Shown: positions 18,397 through 26,560 of the stretch, in pieces
Layout: every line of letters begins with the position of its first letter
Numbering within the stretch: position 1 is the stretch's first letter
The notes under the pieces: model-generated
The model's database searches: none
Seen by the model: the letters and a program-made list of their open reading frames with translations, nothing else
What the model was told of the DNA's origin: nothing
Program-made: the position numbers and the translations under genes
Source: a virus
Length of the DNA: 34,186 nucleotides
Virus record (IMG/VR): IMGVR_UViG_3300021590_000003
Coordinates: 1-34,186 of that record
Strand: one strand, 5' to 3'

Positions 18397-19271
18397 ATAT
18401 CTTCTTTACATCTAATCAAATAGTTTCGTTCCATAGTATATTTGATTTGGTAAGCTGTTATATGACTATCGAAATCAGACCATCCACAAGATTTGCACGC
18501 ATTATAAATTTCGTTAAAATTCAACCCTCGTTCTTGAAGGATTTTGACATACATCCATCGTATCTTATGATCAACTTCTGCTTGTTTTACTCTTTTAAAT
18601 ATACATGGTGGATTGAATGATGAAATATTAAAAGGAAATCTTACTACATCTTTAGATAGATTATTGATAATACAATCCTCTACATCCTCTTTATCTGAAG
18701 AAAGATAATCATAAATATTAAGAAGTTTACCTTCTTGTTTTAGAAACGTTAAACATAATTTGCCACTTTTAGGATTTACTGTTCCTGGTATTCGTTTCAA
18801 TCTTCGTATATCAAAACAATGAGTATCAATAGTTTTAAGTTTTAATTCTGATTGTAAATATCTACCAAACTTTCTAAACGCACGATTGCTAACAGAAATA
18901 AATGGATCCAATTCTATCAAGATATGAATGCCCTTGAATCCTGATATATCACATGTATAGTTTAGTTTTTCTTCTTCTAAGAAATTTAGAACTTTGGCTG
19001 CATCTTCATTAACTAATTTATCTTCACCGTCCAAGTCAATAAAGAACCAAATAGGAAGTATATTACCTGCATCATCGAATTCAGCAATACTCAAAAAACA
19101 ATCCCGATAACCATTATTATTTTCAATAGCCTCGATTAGTTCATCTTTGTTTCTGACTTTAAACTGATTAGGGTTTCCAAAGTAACGATAACGATATTTT
19201 GAAAATGACAGGAAGTTTCGCATATCATCGTTTATTGATTTTTTAGTGATTCTCGTAGCGAGAGTAGCCAT
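18336..19271 (-). CDS. Archaeo-eukaryotic primase, PriS-like catalytic domain fused to a PriL-like Cys-rich domain (likely start near 19223)
   Basis: IDLD (motif I), SGFKGIH (motif II), RIPGTVN; C-terminal PPC..H..R..RC....C..SC. Confidence 0.85.
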   Translation of the reverse strand: MATLATRITKKSINDDMRNFLSFSKYRYRYFGNPNQFKVRNKDELIEAIENNNGYRDCFLSIAEFDDAGNILPIWFFIDLDGEDKLVNEDAAKVLNFLEEEKLNYTCDISGFKGIHILIELDPFISVSNRAFRKFGRYLQSELKLKTIDTHCFDIRRLKRIPGTVNPKSGKLCLTFLKQEGKLLNIYDYLSSDKEDVEDCIINNLSKDVVRFPFNISSFNPPCIFKRVKQAEVDHKIRWMYVKILQERGLNFNEIYNACKSCGWSDFDSHITAYQIKYTMERNYLIRCKEDICLPSCPLRKKKILNLEDLI

Positions 19272-19825
19272 TTATTCCTTTCGTGTACCCGATTTACTTC
19301 TTCAGCATATTCTTTTTCATGATAATCTATATCATTCAAAGCTTTTTTAATTTGCTGCTCTTTATACTCTTTACCTGAGAGGCGCTGAGGCATTTCTGGA
19401 ACAAAACAATCAAATTCAATACTTTCTACTAACTGCTGAATCATAAACTGTTTAAGACTCTCATGTTCGATAGTTGGTGGCTTCCATTTCTGTACTTTAG
19501 AAAGCATATCTTCATATCGCTTACGAATTAGTTTATTCTTCTCAATAAATTCTTCTCGCCTTTTTAGGACTTCTTGATAAGCTCGTTCTGCCTCTTGCTC
19601 TGCCTTTTCTTCATTCCATTTTTTAATTTCTTTCAATCGCTTTTTTGCTTTTTCCAGTTCCTTGAGATGATAATCCGATGGTTCAAATCGTTCTGGAATG
19701 GGAGTATCTATCGACTCGTCTCGCATACTAATCAAAGCACCAAAAGCTCTTGCACACCTCAATACAAATTCTTCAAATGTTAAATCTTTACCATCATATA
19801 AATCTAATGTATAACATGTAGGCAT
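19232..19825 (-). CDS. Conserved hypothetical phage protein (helical)
   Basis: MPTCYT..FEEFVLRCARAFGALISMRD..PIPERFEPSDYH is a pattern I recognise from many tailed viruses; function unknown. Confidence 0.7.
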   Translation of the reverse strand: MPTCYTLDLYDGKDLTFEEFVLRCARAFGALISMRDESIDTPIPERFEPSDYHLKELEKAKKRLKEIKKWNEEKAEQEAERAYQEVLKRREEFIEKNKLIRKRYEDMLSKVQKWKPPTIEHESLKQFMIQQLVESIEFDCFVPEMPQRLSGKEYKEQQIKKALNDIDYHEKEYAEEVNRVHERNKWLLSLRESLKNQ

Positions 19826-19876
19826 ATTAATTTTCTTAACCAGTGTTTTTAATGATAAAATAGTATATTTTTAAAT

Positions 19877-20140
19877 TTAGATATCTTCTTTTACGACTTT
19901 CCAATTGTTCAATTTTGCATCTTCTAAGAAATCAATCAGTGTATATTCTTCAGTTCCTACAACCAAGAAACCGAGATGGAAAGTATCAAAACATCCCTCT
20001 CCATCCAAATATTTCTTGAATTCAATCTTACCTTTGCGACAAACTTTCCCGCTCTTGTCTATTGCTTTTATAGTTTCTCCGACTCTATATATTTCCTGTT
20101 CGATTCTTACTCCATTCTCTACCAACTCTATTTCTTCCAT
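19877..20140 (-). CDS. Hypothetical protein
   Basis: ORF track, 87 aa. Confidence 0.55.
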   Translation of the reverse strand: MEEIELVENGVRIEQEIYRVGETIKAIDKSGKVCRKGKIEFKKYLDGEGCFDTFHLGFLVVGTEEYTLIDFLEDAKLNNWKVVKEDI

Positions 20141-20165
20141 CTTCTGTTTGTGCTTTTTCTCCTCT

Positions 20166-20786
20166 TCATTCCACTTCTTTAATTAATTCATCAATACACT
20201 TCTTCACTTCTTCCCACTCCTCTCTATATAGATAAATGTTGCCGAGTCTAATTGTTTTTCCACTCTTCCTGATACCTACATCTTCAATTTCTATTAGACC
20301 ATCAAGTATTCGTACTATTATTTCCTCTTCGGATTTAAGAAATCCACTAATTTTCTTTTCTTTTATTATTTTCATATTCGTATTTGATTTTAATCTTCTG
20401 ACAATTATATTGACTTTATTCCACGTTTCCCAATCCAGTCTTATCCAACTATTACCAGTGAATACTGTACCACGTTCCACTTCAATTAATACATCATCAT
20501 CTTTTACTACTATGTCTATTCTTTCATTATCAGTTTCGATTCGCTCTTTTTTATAAGACTCCTCTATATCCATTTTAGAATCAAGCATACTGCATTCAGT
20601 TATTCTCTTTTTGTCCCTCTTTTTTTTTCTCACATCCACTTCAATTTTAATTATATATCCCTTGTATTCATATACCTCCCGAAATAGTTTGCCTAATGCT
20701 CCTTCTTCTTTTATTACTCGCTCTGTTATATCCAACATCCTGTCTATATTAAGTTTGAGCATCTCAGAGAGTAATTTTCTCGCCAC
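20166..20786 (-). CDS. Hypothetical protein with two similar beta-beta-beta-helix units
   Basis: IRLDWETWNKV and IYLYREEWEEV repeats. Confidence 0.5.
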   Translation of the reverse strand: MARKLLSEMLKLNIDRMLDITERVIKEEGALGKLFREVYEYKGYIIKIEVDVRKKKRDKKRITECSMLDSKMDIEESYKKERIETDNERIDIVVKDDDVLIEVERGTVFTGNSWIRLDWETWNKVNIIVRRLKSNTNMKIIKEKKISGFLKSEEEIIVRILDGLIEIEDVGIRKSGKTIRLGNIYLYREEWEEVKKCIDELIKEVE

Positions 20787-21060
20787 ACATTACTAAATCT
20801 GCCATTACATCCCGAATATCACCGTCAGCCACTACCCTCCCTGTCCTAATCCAGTTCCGAAGCATTCTCTGATCTACCCTCTCATAATTGCCTCTTCTAT
20901 TCAATACAAACACGCCTGCTTTCAAGTAGTGCCTCAACTCTAACTTTCCCAAACGATACTGCACCAAATTCCGTCTCCTCCGTCCAATACTAATTCCATT
21001 CACTTTTCGTTCATTAGATGCTTCTCTTCTCTTTCCATTTTTCATATCTTCATACCACAT
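20764..21060 (-). CDS. Hypothetical basic protein
   Basis: ORF track, 98 aa. Confidence 0.5.
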   Translation of the reverse strand: MWYEDMKNGKRREASNERKVNGISIGRRRRNLVQYRLGKLELRHYLKAGVFVLNRRGNYERVDQRMLRNWIRTGRVVADGDIRDVMADLVMCGEKITL

Positions 21061-21072
21061 TTCCTATCACCT

Positions 21073-21291
21073 CTATTCTCCATTTCTATCATCCAATCTG
21101 TCTTCATGATATGCAGTAATGATGTCTAAAATGCGATCAAATATAACTCTTTGTCCTTCTAAATATCCTTCATGATAAAACTTTAATAAATCCAATTCTG
21201 TATTTTCTTGTAACCGACGACGCTCACCGAGTTCCTCCTTTATGCGATGTTCAAGTTCCTTTAATTCTTTTATTAATTTTCCTTCTTTCAT
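21073..21291 (-). CDS. Hypothetical helical protein
   Basis: GGAGGT ribosome-binding site directly after the tRNA-like gene. Confidence 0.65.
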   Translation of the reverse strand: MKEGKLIKELKELEHRIKEELGERRRLQENTELDLLKFYHEGYLEGQRVIFDRILDIITAYHEDRLDDRNGE

Positions 21292-21315
21292 ATTTTTTTA
21301 TACCTCCTATAAGGA

Positions 21316-21460
21316 TGGATGGGGCAGGAGTCGAACCTGCATTCCCGGACAGAATTTGATGATCGGACTTTCCATCCTCCTACCAGAAGGTTTTCACCCT
21401 ATCTCTTTAATAAAAAAGAACACGAACAATGTCCGGATCCTACCGTTGGACGACCCATCC
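21316..21460 (-). tRNA. tRNA or tRNA-like RNA with an 80-nt insert between the anticodon-stem strands; identity uncertain (nominal TGT)
   Basis: Acceptor GGATGGG/CCCATCC plus A73; D arm GTCC-AACGGTA-GGAT; anticodon stem CGGAC/GTCCG; T arm GCAGG-TTCGACT-CCTGC; no encoded CCA; TATA-like TTTTTATAT near 21490-21498. Confidence 0.8.
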
Positions 21461-21508
21461 CAGATACTTTTCTTAACGCCTTTATGGACATATAAAAATA
21501 TAAAAAAA

Positions 21509-22018
21509 TCATATTTGAATGCAATTTGAAATATATTTCTCTATTAACTCTCGATGTTCATTCTTGTCGCATGTTGTAAATTTCCTGTGTATATCTCTAT
21601 CGATGAATACTACATGTACATCATCAATATGGTGTGCTTCTGTATTGGCTCTCTTTTCATTCAGTGGTTGAAATCCATATCCTCTTTGCCATGCACTATA
21701 CTTTGAAAAAATATAAGGGGGTTTAATTACCCCCATTTGTATAAGACTAATCAATTCACTAAAGCTTCCCCGCTTTCTCTGTCTTCTCCTTCTTTTCTTC
21801 AGGGCGGAACTACCCAACCCAGGGCAAGTTCTTCTACACCCGTTCTCTTGAACGGGAAGTTCAGGTGAGGAGGCTTTCACCATACTTCCCTTGCCCTTGG
21901 TGGACTCTTGATTTCCACCTTCCTCCAATAGAGATCCTATTGTCACAGTTTTTTTATTACGATTCATTCGATTAGTGTTACTCATTCCTTTACTGGTCTT
22001 TCTGTTATCCATTGCCAT
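21509..22018 (-). CDS. Basic protein with a C-terminal HNH-like motif
   Basis: RRRRQRKR patch; RGYGFQPLNE..EAHHIDDVHVVFIDRDIH. Confidence 0.5.
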   Translation of the reverse strand: MAMDNRKTSKGMSNTNRMNRNKKTVTIGSLLEEGGNQESTKGKGSMVKASSPELPVQENGCRRTCPGLGSSALKKRRRRQRKRGSFSELISLIQMGVIKPPYIFSKYSAWQRGYGFQPLNEKRANTEAHHIDDVHVVFIDRDIHRKFTTCDKNEHRELIEKYISNCIQI

Positions 22019-22533
22019 CTACCTCCTCTTTCAACTTCTTCCCACATTTTAGCCTGTTCGATTAGAGATAGTCTTAAATATCCGTTTCGCTGTGCTGCTT
22101 TACGCTCTCGATTTCTTATCATTTCAGCTTTACGTTTTATCTCACTTGCTTTCATTTCTGAATTTATAGCCAAGTTATATAGATGAATCATCAGCTTTCG
22201 ATATGGTGATTTTAGATTTTTTTGTTTCTTTAACCATTTCTGAATTTTTTGTAGTTCTTTACGCTTCGCATCTCTTTCTCTTAATTCATTAAAGCGTTGT
22301 GATTGTCTATTATAATATCGTACTCTTTTTTCACTTTGAATTAAATCCATAGGCGGTTGATGTCCTATTTCATTCCATAATGCATAATAAGCTGTTATTT
22401 CTAATCGTCGTTGATAATCTTCTTCACTTCGTATTGGATCTTCCCAAAGCACATCAATATTCCGGAGATTGTCTGGTATACCGTTTAACATATACTCAAT
22501 TTCTTTTCTAATCATCTTTATGCACCTCCTCAC
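21982..22533 (-). CDS. Hypothetical basic helical protein
   Basis: ORF track, 183 aa. Confidence 0.6.
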   Translation of the reverse strand: MRRCIKMIRKEIEYMLNGIPDNLRNIDVLWEDPIRSEEDYQRRLEITAYYALWNEIGHQPPMDLIQSEKRVRYYNRQSQRFNELRERDAKRKELQKIQKWLKKQKNLKSPYRKLMIHLYNLAINSEMKASEIKRKAEMIRNRERKAAQRNGYLRLSLIEQAKMWEEVERGGRWQWITERPVKE

Positions 22534-22642
22534 GCAATTTGAAGTACCATGACTTTGTATCTATTCCCTCCTCACCATTATAGGTATCCTCCCACTCTTC
22601 ATCAAAATCTTCACCATAATATGTATCTTCCTTATCATCCAT

Positions 22643-22732
22643 TTATAGTCTCCCTTTCACGATCACTGAAGTACCATCTTCACATTTACGATACGTGAAC
22701 ATCTCTCCATTTACATCACTTCCTATTTTCAT
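22643..22732 (-). CDS. 29-aa peptide paralogous to a segment of 22744..23133
   Basis: Manual translation MKIGSDVNGEMFTYRKCEDGTSVIVKGRL*. Confidence 0.45.
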   Translation of the reverse strand: MKIGSDVNGEMFTYRKCEDGTSVIVKGRL

Positions 22733-22743
22733 TTTTATAATGC

Positions 22744-23133
22744 TCAAAGAAATCCAGCCATTGATCCACCCAATCTCTTTTTCTCTTTTTTTGTATTTTT
22801 TCTATTACCTTTTTTTCCATTATTGCCTCCCGATACATGCTTACGGATCATCATCGCAGTACCATCTTGACAAGTTCGATACTCAAGAATTTCTCCATTT
22901 TTGAAGCCTTGCAAATGCTCTTCAAATTCTATATAGCGATTTATTCCAGTATTTACTATTTTTGCTCTAAGTGTTGAGTCTAAGTCATCTGCTCCCTCTC
23001 TTTCCTCCTCGGCATCTTGAATTGTTGCTCTCAAAACCTTGCTTTCATACCTTTTTATTTCAATTAACTCAAATCTACCACCCGGCTTATTTATTACGCC
23101 CTCGCCGCTTTGGGCATCAATCTCTTTATTCAT
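22744..23133 (-). CDS. Hypothetical protein under a class A promoter
   Basis: ORF track; TATA about 30 nt upstream of ATG. Confidence 0.65.
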   Translation of the reverse strand: MNKEIDAQSGEGVINKPGGRFELIEIKRYESKVLRATIQDAEEEREGADDLDSTLRAKIVNTGINRYIEFEEHLQGFKNGEILEYRTCQDGTAMMIRKHVSGGNNGKKGNRKNTKKEKKRLGGSMAGFL

Positions 23134-23162
23134 TTTCTTGTATAACCTATCAGATTTTTCAC

Positions 23163-23207
23163 TATATAAAACATGTGGTTGTTTTGGTAAGAACCTTAGG
23201 TAAGTTT
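23163..23207 (-). promoter_or_regulatory. Class A promoter (GTAAGNAC boxes, 16 bp, TTTATATA)
   Basis: TATA 23163-23170, box 23187-23194, second box 13 bp further out. Confidence 0.75.
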
Positions 23208-23571
23208 ATATCCTATATTCAAGTTTTGTTCCACAATGTTTGCAGAATCTTCCAGCATCACGAAAACTAAATGAATGCCTGCACGAGGGGCAATATGGAG
23301 TGAGAGTGCCGTATATACGATATTCATGTTCAAATGCTGCATTTTCACAATAACGATATAATACAAGGAAAAGTGCAACACTATCTGTATTATTATCCCT
23401 AACCGAAAATCCCGTCACTATTGTATCAGTCTCAGGAGCTTTGATTTCACCGATCGTAGGTGTTACAGTTAGTTTTATGCCGTATACTTTTTCCATCCCG
23501 TTTGCAATATCATAAGGAGTTATTCCTTTTTTTGTGCTCCTAAACTTTAAAAGATATTCCATCCTTATCAC
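23206..23571 (-). CDS. Hypothetical protein with C-terminal zinc ribbon
   Basis: CPSC..FCKHCG. Confidence 0.65.
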   Translation of the reverse strand: MIRMEYLLKFRSTKKGITPYDIANGMEKVYGIKLTVTPTIGEIKAPETDTIVTGFSVRDNNTDSVALFLVLYRYCENAAFEHEYRIYGTLTPYCPSCRHSFSFRDAGRFCKHCGTKLEYRI

Positions 23572-23596
23572 CTCCTTTTTAATTATTGTTTTACTC

Positions 23597-23641
23597 TATA
23601 TAAAACATGTGGTCATTAAAGTAAGAACTTTAGGTAAGTAT
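23597..23641 (-). promoter_or_regulatory. Class A promoter
   Basis: TATA 23597-23604, box 23621-23628, second box 23634-23641. Confidence 0.75.
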
Positions 23642-23699
23642 TCCAGATACTTTTGATGTTGCCTTTATGTAGCTTGTGAAAATTTGATAATAGTATTGC

Positions 23700-23768
23700 T
23701 TGATTTTTTTTTGAACTAAAACAATAAATAAAGAGAGTAAAGGAGAGAAAAGAATAAATATAAAAAAC
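23700..23768 (-). terminator. Oligo-T archaeal-type terminator region
   Basis: T-rich tracts on the minus strand immediately after the stop of 23769..24158. Confidence 0.4.
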
Positions 23769-24158
23769 CTATTCCTCTTTTTGTGCTATTTTGTTGAGCC
23801 ACTCGATCACTCCTTCGTAGTCGTCTTCTTGGTATACCCTATTTTCTATTCCATAATCCAAGTCATCTCCCCAAGTTCCCAAGGCATATTCTGCTGCTTT
23901 ATTCTCTTCGTCCACGTGTATGGTTAATATGACTTCTGCATCTTTTGCTTCGTTGTCGAGCCAGTCATGTATGTCAAAATCTCCCACTAGATAGTCCTTG
24001 ATCAGCTCTTTTTCGTTTGTTTCAAATTCCCATACCCCCTCGAGGTTTCCACTGTCTATTTTATTGCATATCTTTTTCCATACCTCCGGGTTTTTTGTTA
24101 CGTGCTCCCCGCCTTGCGCCTCCTTTATATCTTCTGTGGTGTTCATTTTCTCCATCAC
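23769..24158 (-). CDS. Acidic hypothetical protein, first gene of the leftward arm
   Basis: ORF track, 129 aa, very D/E-rich; class A promoter upstream and oligo-T tract downstream. Confidence 0.7.
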   Translation of the reverse strand: MMEKMNTTEDIKEAQGGEHVTKNPEVWKKICNKIDSGNLEGVWEFETNEKELIKDYLVGDFDIHDWLDNEAKDAEVILTIHVDEENKAAEYALGTWGDDLDYGIENRVYQEDDYEGVIEWLNKIAQKEE

Positions 24159-24181
24159 CGATTTACCCTTAGTTTTATCTA

Positions 24182-24226
24182 TATATAAAGCTTGTGGTCA
24201 TTCAGGTACTTACTTATGATCCTTAC
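24182..24226 (-). promoter_or_regulatory. Class A promoter
   Basis: TATA 24182-24189, box 24206-24213, second box 24219-24226. Confidence 0.75.
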
Positions 24227-24808
24227 CTTATATCTTTAACTCTCTCTCTTTATATATTATATTATATATTATATTATTACTTTCTTTTATTCCTTTTCCT
24301 TTTGTGTACACGTTTCTTAGTTTATACTATTGTTTTTTAGTGTTTTTAGTAGTTATTAGTTGTTTTTTATTCTTTAGATAAGCATGAAATCTTACATTTA
24401 TGGGCTTCTTTTCAAAAATAAAAACCTATAAACAAATAAAATTAAAAATAAAACAATAATAAAACCTAAAATTATAGAATCTAAAATTATAAAACTAAAG
24501 AGAAGGAAATAAGGATTATCATAAGGGATTGAGAAACACAAAAAGTAACATACATAGAGGTAGACATGGAATGAGGGTTAGTCCCGACTTAAAATCACTT
24601 TCGGTCACCTAAAGAATTTTTTAAGTATGATGTACAAATCTGTACATTTCCCTCAAGAGATGACACGGGGTGTTACCGCTTTCATCCCTTTTCGTATCCT
24701 TGACAATTCTTCCTATCATCCCTTCATATCAATCTTACATAATGTTATCCTTTTCATCCCTCGTGTTACTCGAAACTGCAAGTGAGAAATTCAACCTAAG
24801 ACCCATCA

Positions 24809-24898
24809 AAAATATTGCGTGAGATGCAAATAGAAGCCCGTCATCAAAATTTTTTCATGAGGGTAATATAAAAGTATAGGAAGACAAAAACATTGCGT
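24809..24898 (-). promoter_or_regulatory. Class B element, copy 2
   Basis: TTGCGTGAGATGCAA; AATATAAAA 46 bp after the GTGAGA start; TTGCGTCT on the far side. Confidence 0.6.
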
Positions 24899-25009
24899 CT
24901 ATCATTGAATATCAGTGAATGGTGAAAGAGGTAAGAAACGATAATCGAAAGTGCCGAGATTTGTATTACCAATTATGAATTTCAGGAATTGCATCAGTGA
25001 CTACCGAAA

Positions 25010-25100
25010 AATATGTTGTGAGACGCAAATATAAAGCCGTAGTGCAAATAAAATATACAAGGGTATATAAATTATACCTAAAACAAAAAACATTTGCATG
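25010..25100 (-). promoter_or_regulatory. Class B element, copy 3
   Basis: GTGAGACGCA at 25018 and TATATAAA at 25064; closely collinear with copy 1. Confidence 0.65.
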
Positions 25101-25149
25101 AACAAGAAATATCGAGGTCTAGTGCAATTTCATAGTTTCATGATTGAAA

Positions 25150-25194
25150 GTAAGGACTTGAAGTAAGGACTTCATGTGCATATTGTTTTTTATA
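25150..25194 (+). promoter_or_regulatory. Class A promoter (rightward)
   Basis: GTAAGGAC at 25150 and 25163, 16-bp spacer, TTTTTATA at 25187. Confidence 0.65.
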
Positions 25195-25227
25195 GGTTAG
25201 GTTTAAAATGGTAATTGATGATGTAAA

Positions 25228-25461
25228 ATGAAAGAAGAATACGTAACCATACACACAAAAGAAGGTGGTGTGGGAATAGGAAAGATAGATGAACAAGGGA
25301 GATTGATATGGCGAGCAGGCAAATGGATACCAGTACCAAAAGAGTATAGAGATGTGAGGGATAGAATTTTGAGAAGAGATGTGGAAGAGATAATTCGAGA
25401 TGGTGGAAAAGAATACAAGGATGTTCTAAAGGGATTGAATCTTCCACCCACATATACATAA
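25228..25461 (+). CDS. Hypothetical protein
   Basis: ORF track, 77 aa; promoter upstream and oligo-T downstream. Confidence 0.7.
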   Translation: MKEEYVTIHTKEGGVGIGKIDEQGRLIWRAGKWIPVPKEYRDVRDRILRRDVEEIIRDGGKEYKDVLKGLNLPPTYT

Positions 25462-25511
25462 TTTACATCTTTTTTTTTCTTTTGCATTTAAAAATACATC
25501 ATGGACTACCT

Positions 25512-25602
25512 AAAATATTGCACCAGAAGCTCATACAAGCCTGTCATTGAAATTTTTTACCTTAACCTATATAATTATATACCTAACTCTAAAATTGCAT
25601 GA
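25512..25602 (-). promoter_or_regulatory. Class B element, copy 4 (degenerate)
   Basis: Ungapped alignment to copy 2 (AAAATATTGC..AAGCC.GTCAT..AAATTTTTT); TATATAA at 25568. Confidence 0.55.
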
Positions 25603-25647
25603 GAGACTCATATTTGAGATGAAACAAAATTTATACAAAAAGACAAA

Positions 25648-25697
25648 TCAAGTACCATAAGTAAGTACCTTAATGACCACATCTTTTTTTTTATATG
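25648..25697 (+). promoter_or_regulatory. Class A promoter (rightward)
   Basis: ATAAGTAAGTACCT.AATGACCACA matches the reverse complement of the 24182-24226 promoter at 24 of 25 positions. Confidence 0.75.
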
Positions 25698-25720
25698 GAA
25701 ATTTCAATAATGCATACACA

Positions 25721-25930
25721 ATGAATGAAATAGAAGAGATAGTGAGGGATAGAGTGGTGATAGAATTAGAGAAGTTAAAAAGTGAATTGGAAAAGGAAGC
25801 AAAACAAAGAAGAGTAGAAGGAGAGATTACAGAAGATATGTATTTGAAATACAAGTTATTTCATGAAGTAGATGGAATCAAGGATGCAGTCTATCGAATT
25901 AACAGAAGAATACAAGAAACAATGTCATAA
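25721..25930 (+). CDS. Hypothetical helical protein (probable start 25721)
   Basis: MNEIEEIVRDRVVIELEKL..; the tracked upstream extension runs through the promoter. Confidence 0.65.
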   Translation: MNEIEEIVRDRVVIELEKLKSELEKEAKQRRVEGEITEDMYLKYKLFHEVDGIKDAVYRINRRIQETMS

Positions 25931-25994
25931 AATACCAGACTTTCACTTTTCTTTCTTTCTTTATATATTTCTTTCTTTCTTTTATTATATATCA

Positions 25995-26360
25995 TACTAG
26001 AAGGATCTTTACATCTTAGATATTCTTACATGTATGATATTGAATTCTTAAATATGCATTATTGATATTCTTATCTTTTATATCCTTACATTCCTGAAAC
26101 TATGTATGATATTCTATAGGTATAGATATCCTTATCCTTTAGATATCCTATACCTTACATTTATGATATTCTTATCTTTACATTCCAGATACTCTATTCC
26201 TTATGGTATTGTATTCCTTACATTCAGGATACTCTATTTCTATTCTTATGGTATTCATTACATGTTAGATACTCCTATTGTATTCCTCTCCTTACATTAT
26301 GGATATCCTACATGTTAGATATTCCTTACATTATTGAATTCCTGATTGATATTCTATTCT
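25995..26360. repeat. Degenerate short-repeat array (CTTACAT and GATAYTC/GATATCC units)
   Basis: About ten YTTACAT-like and about a dozen GATAY[TC]C-like motifs; stops in the minus frames inspected. Confidence 0.7.
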
Positions 26361-26491
26361 TTTTATATTATTATATTTATATATTATATATATATTGGGG
26401 TTTAACTTCCTTCTTCTTTATCTCTTTCTTACTTCTTCATATTGATATTACTTTTTATTATCCCTTTTCTTCTCTTTATGGAGATATGAAT

Positions 26492-26560
26492 TAGTGTTAT
26501 CTCTTTTATCTCTTTTATGAATTTAATATTTAGTGTTATCCTTTCTATCCCTTTTATGAA
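26492..26560. repeat. Two imperfect direct repeats of about 30 bp, TAGTGTTATC..TTT.TATC.CTTTTATGAA
   Basis: Copies near 26492 and 26531; related TGTTAYC.YTTTCATCCC motifs near 24671 and 24743. Confidence 0.6.

Noticed and set aside
21351-21430. Box C/D guide intron (as in euryarchaeal tRNA-Trp) or tmRNA
   Set aside because: No RUGAUGA or CUGA on the sense strand (TGATGA occurs only antisense); no G3:U70 pair or tag reading frame, and a full D stem is present.
2595-23270. Plus-strand ORFs in the track across the left arm (for example 2595..2825, 4990..5328, 8426..8683, 17675..18037, 20236..20556)
   Set aside because: Antisense shadows of well-supported minus-strand genes; F/L/S/I-rich, with no motifs or ribosome-binding sites.
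24809-26360. CRISPR or mini-CRISPR array
   Set aside because: Repeats are degenerate, irregularly spaced and contain TATA boxes; no identical 25-40 bp repeats with unique spacers, and no cas genes.
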